From Dendrobates tinctorius (lineage: Eukaryota), in assembly GCF_039654945.1 (NCBI RefSeq), contig NW_027361676.1:5208001-5272000 (forward strand): 64,000 nt of DNA, read 5' to 3'. Of this stretch, positions 1-11,747 are shown piece after piece. The position numbers and the translations under genes were made by a program. The notes beneath the pieces are model-generated. The model did not search any database and was not told the DNA's origin. It was given only the letters and a program-made list of their open reading frames with translations. Numbering within the stretch: the first letter of the stretch is position 1; each line of letters starts with the position of its first letter.

Positions 1-113
1 AATTAGTTTGTTCCACCATGAGGTTAACAAAATCCTCAGAGAAAAAGACTTTGAGAAAGTCAATTTCTGTGAGGCCGGTGGTGTCAAACTTGATTCCTGA
101 TTCTGCCACAAAA

Positions 114-464
114 TCAGGAATCAGTGGCTCGTAATTTTCGGGGGGCTGAATCAGCTGCGGGCATGGTGGGCGCTGCCTCATCTTCTGTCCTAGAGCGTCT
201 GCGTAGTGGTTCTGCAGGACCCGAGGAGGAAGATGAGGAGGGAGAAGAGGAAGAGGATGAAGAATCCGAAAAATAAAGAAAAGCCAGATCGTCATCCTCG
301 CTATCAGTGTCGGAGGCAAGGTAAGAATATGCCTCCTCCATTGAATAGCGCTGTTGGGAGGAACGTGATGGGCGGGACTTTTTTTGTGGAAATATGGTGC
401 TTGGGTGTACTTTATTTACAACTGTGTATGTGGTGGGGGGGACTAGTGATTGGTGCACACTATC
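114..464 (-). pseudogene. N-terminal fragment of piggyBac (PGBD4-like) transposase
   Basis: Preceded on the minus strand by acceptor CTTTTTCTTACAG (AG at 465-466). Acidic low-complexity N-terminus, stop at 114. Confidence 0.45.
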
Positions 465-1729
465 CTGTAAGAAAAAGCTAAAAGGAAATGGGGAGCAAAT
501 ACCTGTGAAAAAAAGTCTAAAACAGCAGGTCCTAGATATGATAAGTGAACGGCGTCACTTATCAAAATTTAGTGGCTGCTGGATGTGTGCACAGGGGTAG
601 CACAAAGGGGGGGGGTGAAAAGGAAAAATGGAAAACAGCCGGCATGAACTTTGATAAGTGAATTGCGTCACTTATCAAAATTCGGCGGCTGCTAAATGTG
701 CACACGGAAACGGCGCAAAGGGGGTAAAAAGAGGGGGCTGGGGGGATTGGGGTGGATGAATAGAGATCGGGCAGGGATCAACAGTTAGGGTTGTAGTTAG
801 GTGGCACAAAGGGGGTGAAAAAAATGAAAAACGGCAGGCACAAGCTTGGATAAGTGATGTGTGTCACTTATCCAAGTTTTGCGGCTGCGGGATGTGTGTA
901 CGGAGGTGGCGCAAAGGGGGCTAGGGGGTAAGGAAAAAAAAGCGAGCACGAGTGTTTATCGGTGAACTGCGTCACCGATCAATGCTTGTCGGCTGCGCAC
1001 GGAGGCGGCGCAAAAGGGGGGGTGGAGGGGGATAGGGGGATGAATTGGGCAAGGGATCAGGGATCAATTAACACTTACAGTTGTAGTTTTTTTTCTTCTT
1101 TCTTCTTTCTTCTGCAGGGATTGTGATGCTACAAGCTGTGGCACCACAATACCCAGCACAGGAGCTCTTTCTGCGTCCGACCTCTCTGCAGGAATCCTCA
1201 GCTAGCGTGAGGACCCCTGCAGACAGGTCAGACAGGTCAGAGGCAGGTCACAGAGCGGTCATATCGCTGCTGTGACCAGTCATTGGTGGGATCAAATGAT
1301 TACATCAATCCCACCAATCCCTGCTCTGCCTGGTGACCATGGTAACTGCCTAGGATCGGAGCTCACAGCTCCGATTCCTAGGCAGGTCATGGCCAGGTCA
1401 TCAGCAGGGCACAGAGCGGTCACAGCGTGACCGTAGCTGTGCCCTTTGGCTGGCGCGATCGCCGATCTAATCGATTGCGCCAACCACTTCCTGCAGGCCC
1501 TGCTGGGCCTGTCCTAGGCTCTGGCCTAGGATCGGTGCTATTACAGCACCGATCCGGGCCGGTACCGGCAGGGCACAGCAGCGATATTGCACTGCTGTGC
1601 ACTGCGATTGGCGCGATCGATTAGATCAGCGATCGCGGCAATCTGGGGCTTTTCTCCAGTGCCTGGCATTGCCAGGCACCGGTCCTAGAATCGAGTACAT
1701 CGGTACTTGATCCTAGCCTAGGTTCCTGT

Positions 1730-1880
1730 TGTTTCAGCCAATCTGATTGGCTGAAACAATGAGAAGCGCTGTGATTGGCTGTTCTGAATTGAACAGCCAA
1801 TCACAGCTCACAGAGGGGCGGGCCAGGGCGGAGACTGCCTGGGATGCCGAGGCCATCTATCCTGAGGTAAGATGGCGTTG
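1730..1880 (-). promoter_or_regulatory. Putative promoter of the piggyBac-like element (CCAAT cluster, GC box, YY1-like motif)
   Basis: AGCCAATC/GATTGGCT repeated four times in 1736-1802, GGGGCGGG near 1815, AAGATGGCG near 1869. Confidence 0.4.
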
Positions 1881-2305
1881 GCATTTTAATGCGATCACCG
1901 CGACTTAAGTCGCGATGTCGCATTAAAGGGCATGACGTAATATTCCGTCCATGGGACTTAGGGCCCAGGTCACATGGACGGAATATTACGTCCAATGTAG
2001 GAAAGGGGTTAATAGAAATGAACTTAACATGCTATTCATTTTATTTTGTTAGAATTATTGTGCTGTAATAATATATTGTTTTTTTTGTTAAAAATTAGAA
2101 TATTGTAAATAAAAAAGAAATGTCGAAAAACACATTACCATTAAAGTAAAAATGTACATATTTAAATCTATCACTAGACAAATATAAAAACAGTTGTCAA
2201 AAAAACATATTGCCTCTACTTTGAGGAACCAGAAAAAAACAACAAAAACATTTTTTGTCTGGTCATATTGGCATGCATCCTGATACACTGCGTGCAGAGT
2301 TATTA

Positions 2306-2769
2306 GGCTAGTTTCACACTAGCGTTTATTCCATGCAGCGCACGGCAACGCTAAGCCCCGCCCCCTGCCGGCTCCCTGCCCGCCCCATATGGTCATCGCC
2401 GCCTACTATCGCACATGGACGCTTGCGATCTGCGCACCCTATCTTTACCATAGGGTGCGCAGATCGTGCGCTGGCCGTGCGCTAGTAGGATTTTGGCATG
2501 CGCTGCGCACTTTTGAAGTTGCGCCGGTGTGCGCCGAACGCAGCATGTTGCATTTCGGCTCATTCGGCACACCTTCAAAAGTGCGCAGCGCACGCCAAGA
2601 TCCTACTAACATACGGCCAGCGCACGATCTGCGCACCCTATGCTAAAGATAGGGTGCGCAGATCGCAAGCGTCCATGTGCGATAGTAGGTGGCGATGACC
2701 GGATGGGGCGGGCAGGGAGCCGGCAGGGGGCGGGGCTTAGCGGCGCCGTGCGCTGAGTGGAAACTAGCC
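2306..2769. mobile_element. PIF/Harbinger-type MITE, extensively palindromic
   Basis: TIRs GGCTAGTTTCACACT / AGTGGAAACTAGCC, TTA TSD at 2303-2305 and 2770-2772, long internal inverted repeats. Confidence 0.85.
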
Positions 2770-3232
2770 TTAGGTAAGTGAATGTTTTGACCATGTTATC
2801 ATTTTTATCTATATTTTCCAACTTCATTGAATTCCCAGAGGGCTCTGTTTGGGGTCAAGATTCCACCGCTGCACAGGGGGAATCTCAAGCCATGTCTTCT
2901 GCGGTCTCCTATTCTTCCTCGGCCACAGAGGATCCTACTCAGCGCAGATGTTGGTCACAGAGTCTTGCTCAGGCTAACACTGTGCGTATGGTTGCTGCTC
3001 CTCCACAGGTCCAGCTATAGCAACCATCATTAGTCAGTGGCAAGCAGACGCTCCTGGGACTAAGTCCTGCTTTTGTCCTTCTGAGCATGCCCGTGAGATG
3101 ACCACTCATTGGTGGTCGGAGGTCACATGCCCAGGTCCTCATGCAGTTCAGAATGGTCCATTTGCAAAGTCAAAGAAGACTGCAGCTATAAAGGGATCGC
3201 ACAGCCTTGCGTTAGTATATCCTATAATAGTG

Positions 3233-3234
<2 letters not shown>

Positions 3235-3263
<29 letters not shown>

Positions 3264-3276
3264 CAAGTGTGTGTGT
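3235..3276. repeat. (TG)n microsatellite
   Basis: Direct reading of the sequence. Confidence 0.95.
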
Positions 3277-3318
3277 CTCTGGTGAGAGCTCCTAATGATT
3301 CCCTACCTTCTGGTTCTG

Positions 3319-4202
3319 TGTTGTGAGCTCATTTTCGGGTTTGCCTCTGGCTTCTGGTGAGGGTTGTGGAGCTGGCTGTGCTGACAGAGGAGTAGTGAGT
3401 TCTCTATCTGGACTCCCTCTGTTGGTGAAGGGAGGTAATGAAGCTGATCTAAATGGCAGAGACCGGCCACGTGAGGAGGAGAACTGCGATTGGACATCAG
3501 GAGTTTCTGATTGGATTTAAGGCAGCCGACTCCCTAGTTTCTTGCTGGTGATTTTTCCTGACTGTGGCTTCTGGTTTGAAGTTTGGTTCCTGCCTTCCTA
3601 AAGCTAAGTTTTCTCTGCTATTGTTCATATGAGTTTTTGTCTGGTTTACTTAGTTTTTGTGTTCAGCCAGCCCTGGATGGGACTGGGCTGAATCTCCATT
3701 TTGTCTCTGATCAGTTGATCTCTTTTGCTCTGTCTTCAGAATTTACCTGAGTGCTGATATAGTGATTTGAAGTCTAGCGACTTCAGGGCCTTTTTCTATC
3801 AGACGTGTTGGACATTCTTTTTTGCAGGGTATTTTGCATGATTGCAGACAGCAGCTTTTCTTTCCTGTCCTTTCTAGCTAGCGAGGGCCCCATTGTTTGC
3901 TCAGTCTATCTTTCTACCTGTGTCTGTGTTTTCATCTTGTTTCACCGACAATACTTGTTGGGGGCTGTCTATTGCTTTGGGGTCTGCTCTGGGGCAGTTT
4001 AGATTTTCCCTTTCTTTCTTTAGGCTTATTTAGTTCTCCAGCCGTGACGAGGCGTCTAGGACCACCCTAGGCACGCTCCACGGCTACTGCTAGTTGTTGT
4101 GGATAGGATCAGGCGTCTGCAATCCGCTAGTTACCAACCTCTCCGGTTTTCTGGGCTTAGCATGCTTTTTGTTTTCTACGTCTCGGTGACTCATTCATAA
4201 CA
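3319..4202 (+). mobile_element. Solo LTR (family B, 884 bp)
   Basis: TGTTGTGA...TCATAACA termini, flanks GTTCTG / GTTGTG (6-bp TSD, 1 mismatch), near-identical copy at 23516-24399. Confidence 0.85.
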
Positions 4203-5607
4203 GTTGTGTATGCGATTGGAGTTTGAGACAGCGCTGAGTAGTGGCATTGCCTGTGCGCCATCGTGCACTTAGTCCGCACTTCACGATAGTTAGAGTCAGT
4301 TATTGGTGTTTGCCTGTGCGACGCTGCGTGCACTTGCTGTGCCCTGTGTCAGCTAACAGGGTACGGTGTCAGTATATTGCGGTATAGCGCTCCTGTGAGT
4401 TAACAGACCTTGCCACAGTACACACCGGGTGACTGTGAACCCGCGTGTGTTCGGTGCGTGACCGCCATTTTGTGTCCACCATTGCTGAGCAGCAGTTACC
4501 ATCTCTGCACGGTGGACCCTGGCTTGTGAACTCACCTTATTGTTATCATTATATTTATTTGGTGCGTTCCGCCAACCCTAGCAGGGTACAATTTCCAAAA
4601 TGGGGTTATATGAGTGGAGTTTCTCCTGGTTTTTGCTACATTTCTTTGTAAATGGACTCTGCAAACTATTTTTCAAAAGTCAAAATAGCGCTAATTCCCT
4701 CCCAAGCCTAGCCGTGAGACCAAACAATATTGTTCAACCACATATGGGTATTTGCCACATTCAGAAGAAATTTTGTGACAAACTTTGGTGCAAGATCTTC
4801 TCATCTTTCCTTATGAAAATGTAAAATCTGTGGCTAAAACTTCATTTCAGTGTTAAAAATGTAATTATTGTTTCTTCACTGCCCAACAGTATAAAATTCT
4901 GTTACACACCTGCGGTGTTAGTATGCTCACTGCACCCATAAATTAATTAACTAAGTAGTTTGTTAAACAGGGTCACTTGTGGGGTTGTTATGCTGTTATG
5001 GCACCTCAGGGAGCTCTTATTTTTCCTTTTCACAACCTAATGCTATAAAATTCTGTGAATCACCTGTGGGTTTAAAATAATCATTACACCCATAGATGAA
5101 TTTCTCTAGGGGTGTATTTTCCAAAGTGGAGTCACTTGTAGAGGTTTCCTCTGTTTTGGCATCTCACGGGTTCTCCAAATGTGACATGGAGTTCGCAGTC
5201 TATTCTAGCAAAAATTATGCTCCAAAAGGCAAATGCTGCTCCTTCTGTGGCCAATCAGTAGTTTCTGACCACATATGAGGTATCTGTGTACTCAGGAGAA
5301 ATTTCACAAATTTTGTGGTCCATTTCTCCTGTTACCCTTTGTGGACAAAATGTAATATTTCATTTTCATGGTCCGATATCATAACATTTTGTGAAACACT
5401 AGTGGGTCAAGATGCTTATTCTACAAATAGATAAATTCCCCAATTTGTGTAGTTTCCAAAATGGGATCACTTGGGGTTATCTGCGGATTTGGCACCTCGG
5501 GGGCTCTCCGAATGCAACATGTCATCTGCAATCTATTCCATCAAAATTGTGCTGCAATAGTCAAATGGTTCTTCCTTTCCTAGCCCAGCCATGTGTCCCA
5601 ATAGTAG

Positions 5608-6290
5608 TGTCACAGGGTTGCCGCGACACAGATGTGCCAGAAGACAATAGCATCCAATTGCTCCTACTCATGCACAGAAAAGAAGCACTTCACCTTCTTT
5701 TTAAATGGTGTAAATTTCTTTTGGCAGTACAGGAGTTAATTGGCCATGTTGGGAGCTCTGGGGGTCTGGGCTCTCATCTAAGCATGGTTATCCACACTTA
5801 CCCCCTATATAATCTGGGTCCTGACTGACACACATAATCAAAGCTAGTTTATGCTTCATGACTGGGAGGATAGTTGTTTGGTAGTAATATGAGAAGGTGT
5901 TTGGTGGGTTTATCAGTGACTGTTGCTTGGGTTAGTAAGTGTGATAATTCCCTTTTCTTCTCCTATTTTGGATTTTCCCCATCCTCCACTCCCCGGTGCA
6001 TTCCTCTGTTATATGTGAGCCAATGTTTCTATGCCAGGTATTTTTCTGATGCCCCTGTTCGTGTTGCCTGGTTTGCCTGGTTGGTGTACTGTGATGCACA
6101 GCTGCTCCCCTCTTCCCTGGGTGGGAGAAGTGAAAAGACTGAGGGCGGATTTAAAAAATAAGGCAAGGTATGTGTCCCTGGCATCTTCACCTTCAGAAGT
6201 AATCGGAGGAAAAGGGCAAGCTAAAGCGCCTTCTAGCATTATTGACAGGGAAGTAGCCCCTGTTCATTGGTCACCCGACCAGTCGTGACA
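5608..6290 (+). mobile_element. Solo LTR (Gypsy-type)
   Basis: TGTCAC...GTGACA inverted termini, internal TATA (CCTATATAAT near 5805), degenerate TSD AGTAG/TGTAT. Confidence 0.7.
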
Positions 6291-7689
6291 TGTATTTTTC
6301 GGCTGTATTTTCTGAGTATTGGCATACTCAGGAGAAAATTTATCCACTAATCTATTGTGAATTTCTCCTGCGACCATATTGAACATGAGACAGTTTTGGC
6401 TAAAGCAACATTTTTGTGGAAAAATACATAATATTTAATTCTCACTGCCCAATATTATAAAATTCTGTGAAACACTGGTGGTAACATTTTAATAAAAAAT
6501 ATGTAATCTTTCATTTTTATCTCCTAGTTTCCATTAAATCTTGTGAAGCACCTGAAGGGTTAATAAACTTTATGAATGTGGTTATAAATACTTTGAAGGG
6601 TGCAGTTTTTATAGTCATGTTTGTGGGTTTTCTGGCATATAAGCTTAAAAGTGAAGATTAGAGATGAGCGACTTTGCCTTTTTTCGGGTCGAGTCGGGTT
6701 TCATGAAACCCGACTTTCTCAAAAGTCGGGTCGAACGAAATTGGCCGATTATCGTGAAAAGTCGAAGGCCGACTGAAACACGAAACCCAATGCAAGTCAA
6801 TGGGGAACCAAGGTCAGCAGGGAGTGGAGGACAGGAAACACACCTACAGTGCCCATTTTAATGCAAAAAACATCAATTCTTATTACTTAAGCTTGTCAAC
6901 CTTAATTTACTTTATAATAATAGTTAGGCATTGAAAACAGGGGGTTATTTAGCTAAAGTTGTGGGGGGTAGGGCTGGCTCCAGATTTTCGTGGGCCTGGG
7001 CCAAAGAGTGTCACTGGGCTCTTTTAACACATGCCACAATTCATGATTCTCTGATACGGCAGAGAAATAGCGGTATAGTACAATGAAAAATACTTCACTT
7101 CTTACATCTCATGACTGATATCCATTTTAAATTCTCCAATAGCTCCAAAAACGGACAGTATATTACTCCATACAGTATTATGGCCACTGCATAGTGCGCT
7201 ATACAGAGTAATGAGGCCCATATATTTCTCCATACAGAATCATTGGTCCCATATAATGTTTGAAACAGTATATGATGAGCTCCACATAATGCTACAGTAT
7301 ATGTTGGTCCCCATGGATGAAGCTCCACTGTGATATGGGCCCAAATAATGCTCCATTTATAATGGGCCCCATTTCTAATGCTCCAGTGTATAATGGGCCT
7401 TGTAAATGCTGCTCCAGAGTCTGATGTCCACCTTTGAAATGCTCCAGTGTATGGTGGGCCTCATATATCATTCTCCAGAGTATAGAGCTCCCCAAAAATA
7501 GCTGTCCCAACATTGAAAACAATTAAATAAGTCTCCGCGCTAGGGAATCCCTGTACTAGTCTGGACTCCTCGTCGTCCCCATCTTCCATCTCACTGCACT
7601 TGGACTGTTTAGACAGAGGGCGTACAGACGTGATGTCATTGCGCTCTCTGACCAGAATGTCACTGTCAGGAAACGCGGAAGACGTCACA

Positions 7690-9550
7690 GGGGTGGAGCA
7701 GGGAGAGGTAAGTATTTCAACTTTGCAAGTGCTGTGATCCTGAGCAAGCAGGGGCCCACTCGTTAGCGACGGCACGGGCACAGGGCCCCTCATAGTACAG
7801 CGGTGTGTTTGACGGCGGGTAGAGGGCCCTCCCACCGGCAGAGACACTTTTGCGTACTATGAGGGGCCCTGTGCCAGTGCCGTCGCCCATGAGTATGCCC
7901 CCCCACCTGCTCAAGGAACCTGCACTTTCATCTGCACCTTCCTCTTTGTCACCGTGTAAGGTGGTATAGTATGCGGGAAGGGGAACCTGAGTTTCATCAG
8001 GGTCAGATTCTAGCTGTGTAGAGTGTGAGGGGAATGTAGTGGTCTGGGTCAATGTACCAGCAGAATCATCTAGCAGTGGCTGGGCATCAGTGCACTTGTG
8101 GCGCCCCCAGGAGTACGGTCACCACAGTGGCATTACCTTCCTCCTAGGGAGTGTGATATCATGCTTGGGAGCAACGAAGGATCTCTCTAGCAGTTAAACC
8201 AACACACAACACAGTGCCCAGTCCAGGCCAGCAGGGAGACCTCTGAACCTGACTGCTGAGGAGCTGCTCTCTGTGGTCGGGAGGAGGTAAGTTAGAGCAG
8301 TCTGTGAAGGGAAGCTGAAGTGTGTGGAGGTGAGAAGGGGAGCTGGAGGATGAGCAGAGTTAAGGCTCACTCCTAGCTGGAGCGCATGGTCGGGATTCCG
8401 GTCTCCGAGTTTATAGGGACACTGATGGTCCTGCAGCAGAAACCGGAGGAAATAGCAGCTGTAAATGCATTGTTCCCAACTAAGGCTTGGAGGCCTCAGC
8501 AGCGACGTGTGTGAGCCAGAAGGAAAAGGCTATGGCTGCCTGCCATACGAGAAAGTTCCAAAAGAGAGTCAACAGGGGGAACTTCAGTGAACTCAGTACT
8601 GTGAGTACCTCAGATAAGCGCTAGAAAGGAGGCCACACTACCTATCTGCAGAGAGAGAATTCCAAATTTGCTTCCAGGCTGACCAACTCCTTCTCCATCT
8701 GTACTCTGGGTCCTGGACGGCACTTACCAAGTACAGGTAAAGGAACTGCACTACTGTGTCTGTCATCTTTCTCCTGCGCCTGGCGCACGGCTCTGCTACA
8801 TCCTGCACTGCACACCATCTACCAACTCTTTCATCTGCCCTGCGACTACGGACCTACCTGTGCAGGGCTTCTACATCTTAGCTGCACCACCAGAGAAGCG
8901 ACACTGCAGCGCGGGTCAATCTGATCTGAAACCACAGGTGGCGTCACGTATAATTCACCTATGAACGTTATTCACCCCTTTGCATGGATGCCCAGGGCCA
9001 AGGAACGGGTCATCACCACCAAAGTGACACATCCCTCTGAGACACCGGCCCGGTACCGATTAACCCCACTGCCCTGGCTGGCCACCCACATTCCATGTCA
9101 GATTCATCTTGGACTGGGGAATTCACGATTTGACTTGATAACCCAGGTATGGTATGATAGAAAGAGCTACATGGACTAATGTGAAGTGTGGCCTACTGCA
9201 TCATTCACTTTTGGTGGGGGTGAAGGACACAAGGAAAGGGGTTCTTCCTGACCAGGAGCCAGCACTTGTTGACTCAGTGCTTGCATTGTTTGAAACTTCA
9301 GAAGAGGAGGGCATATTTGCTGGAGTCTGTTTCAGCAATGTAAGCCAAAACCAGTTACTGTTAGCTTCGGTTTTAAAAGCGGTTGACCTACTCCCAGAAA
9401 AGGTAGCCTTCCAGACCATGATGCAGGCTCAACACCTCCTGCCTTAGCTGCTATTGTGCTTTTGCCACTACCAGCAGATGCACCACCACCATCAGCACCA
9501 GCTGGCCCCCCCCATGCCCACGTCCGCGGCCTCTTTCACCAAACTTCAAA
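7690..9550 (-). pseudogene. Internally deleted second copy of the hAT transposase region, interrupted by a solo LTR
   Basis: 9093-9545 aligns by eye to 16568-17040, 7920-8096 to 16400-16567 (peptide ESDPDETQVPLPAYYTTLHGD in both), and 7690-7880 to 13175-13350. Confidence 0.85.
8097..9088 (+). mobile_element. Solo LTR (TGTGGCGCCCC type)
   Basis: TG...CA ends, TSD CACT/CATT. Removing it restores GTGCACTCCATGTCAG as seen at 16561-16576. Confidence 0.8.
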
Positions 9551-10292
9551 ATGTTGCAGAACATGAACCCAAAATAACATCAGATATATGGTACTGTATC
9601 AGAAGTGTACAGCTATATACAGTCAAAGGATGATTGTCAATCTCCCTATATATACCATCAGTCACACAGAGACGCTCACAGGCTCAGTAGGAATTAGACA
9701 AGAATATAAAAAGTAGAAAAAGTGTACAGTATCATCAGATAGGAGGTATATATAGTATAGTTTAAACATTCTAAATCTCCGTAGATATTTCAGGAGGCAG
9801 ACACAGACGCTCTCAGGCTCAGTATGGATTACAACACAATATAAAAAGCCGTAAAATGGTAATGGATCTGAAGAGTACAGCTTTACATAGTGTAGGGGTC
9901 ATTGTTGTCAATCTCAGTATTTATTTCCACAGTCAGAAAATAACTCTCACTTGGTCAGTTTGGATTAGACCAGAATATAAAAAGCAGTAAATGGGTAATG
10001 TATCACAAGCGTAGAGCTGTATACACTAGTGTTGGGTTAATTTTTAAATGTACATCTAAATTGCAGGAGTAACCCACAGACTGTCACACACTCAGGATGG
10101 ATAACACCACAATATAACAAGAAGATCCGCAAGAAATAATCACACATGTGGGACAATGTTCCAGGTGTCAATGATACACTTAGAGTGGTGGGTGGAGGAG
10201 GACTTCCTGGCAGAACTGGTACAGTATCACCAGATACCAGGTATATATAGCATAGTTTAAACATTAAAAATGTACGTCTATATATTCAGGAG

Positions 10293-11747
10293 TAGTGTTG
10301 AGCCACCCCGCTAGTGTTCCAGTTCGTTTTGGTTCGTCGAACACGAGGCAAGTTCGTTGAATGTTTGTCGAACGTTCGACGAACAACGTCGAACACCATT
10401 GAAAACAATGGCAGGCAAACACAAACACATACAAACACATAGAAAACAATTACAAAACACCTTAAAAGGTGTCCCAAAGCAGACAAAATGCTCAGAATAC
10501 TAAAAAACATATGGATGACGGCAACTACATATAGAAAAGAGGTGGAGGAGTAAAAAGAGGAGGAGGAGACACAGATATAGGCATCTCATGCCCTTATGAA
10601 GTCAAGAAAGGCTGGAATAAAAATGTAAAATACCAAAAAACAGTAAAAATCTGAAATCGAAGACGATCATATGCCGTCGGACTTCCCACCATTAATTAGG
10701 CCAACTGCTGATCGGGCGGCGTTATTCCCACGAACCTCCGAACAGCGTCCGTGAAGGCAAAGTGTTTGGTTTCCGGGAGCAGTGTGGTTGCAAAGCTGAA
10801 CCTTAAAGGAATGTCCAGAAGGGCACCATCAGGAGTGGAGCCTGCGGCTTAATTCAACTCCACCCGGGAAACCTCAACCATGCCAGCTACAGAAAAGATG
10901 GACAGATTGCAAGCTTTGTTGATTCTGTGGGTGGTGGTGGATGTCCGTATTTAGTTGTGCTAGCGATTTGTCAGCTTAATTCCGTTAACGAACGAGACTC
11001 CGGCATGCCCCCGCGGTACGCGTCAAGCTTACTAGAGGGACACGCGAGGCTCTGGCACACGGGATCGATCAATAAAAAGGTCTGTCATGCCCTTACATGT
11101 CCGGGGCTGCATGCGCGCTACACTGAAAGGTCCAGCGTGTGTTGCTTACAGGTGCAGATAACCCGCTGAACCCCGTTAGTGATGGGGATCTGGGATTACA
11201 ATTCTTCCCCGCGAACGAGGATTTCCCAGTAAGTGCAGGTCAACCGGAATTCCGGAATTAGGCCTAACTGGCATTCCAGAAAAAATGAAAAAATTAAGTG
11301 TCCAAACCACAGGTGCTGTAGCTTGCTTAACAGCTGGGCTCCTATGCTGAGTAGCATGCAGTTCTTACATAAACAGGCAGAATAGCTTGGTTCACTGGTG
11401 GGCTCCTCTGCTGAGTAGCAGGCAGTGCTACAAGGCCCAAAAGGATTTTCTGGACAAGATGCGGTAAAACATAATTAGAAACACACGGTGTAGCTCCTTG
11501 ACAGGTGTACTACACCGCTTGCTACCACACACCGCTACTATGCCATGAAACAGTCTATTAACATTGAAAACCATTATTAATGTGAAAATGAATTTACGCT
11601 TTTGGTGAACAAACCATTCTTGAACGGAACCTCGAACAGCCGAATTTTAAGCAAAGTGTTCGAGTTCGACGAACAGCTCAAGCATCGCCCAAAACAGCTG
11701 GAATTTTAACTTGGCGAACAGGTCGACTCGAACACCACTCATCTCTA
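10293..11747. mobile_element. Non-autonomous hAT carrying an 18S rRNA fragment
   Basis: TIRs TAGTGTTGAGC / ACTCATCTCTA, 8-bp TSD TTCAGGAG / ATCAGGAG, subterminal GTTCG/CGAAC repeats. Confidence 0.85.
10657..11242 (+). pseudogene. Degenerate 18S rRNA fragment (central to 3' major domain)
   Basis: Colinear conserved SSU motifs: TCGAAGACGATCA, GGTTGCAAAGCTGAA-CTTAAAGGAAT, GAAGGGCACCA-CAGGAGTGGAGCCTGCGGCTTAATT, TTAATTCCG-TAACGAACGAGAC, GCGCGCTACACTGA, GAACGAGGA-TTCCCAGTAAGTGC. Many substitutions; no ITS or 28S sequence. Confidence 0.93.

Larger units (their letters stand above)
1..2008 (-). mobile_element. piggyBac-like DNA transposon, 5' portion (terminus, promoter, 5' intron, start of transposase)
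   Basis: Ends in ...GAAAGGGG followed by TTAA (2009-2012). Minus-strand ORF 114-458 has the acidic/Ser-rich N-terminus (YSMEEAYSYLASDTDSEDDD...SSSS) typical of PGBD4-like transposases. No catalytic domain lies inside the window, and the left boundary is not resolved. Confidence 0.6.
2846..4583 (+). mobile_element. Solo LTR (family A), interrupted by an 884-bp solo LTR
   Basis: TG...CA ends. Both halves are homologous to the inverted solo LTR at 21020-21919 (shared CGGCCACAGAGGA, GGTCCAGCTATAGCAAC, TTTGGTGCGTTCCGCCA). TATA-like CTATAAAG near 3186. No clean TSD. Confidence 0.75.

Noticed and set aside
10657-11242. Functional 18S rRNA gene or rDNA unit
   Set aside because: Partial, mutated at universally conserved positions, no ITS/5.8S/28S, and enclosed in hAT TIRs.
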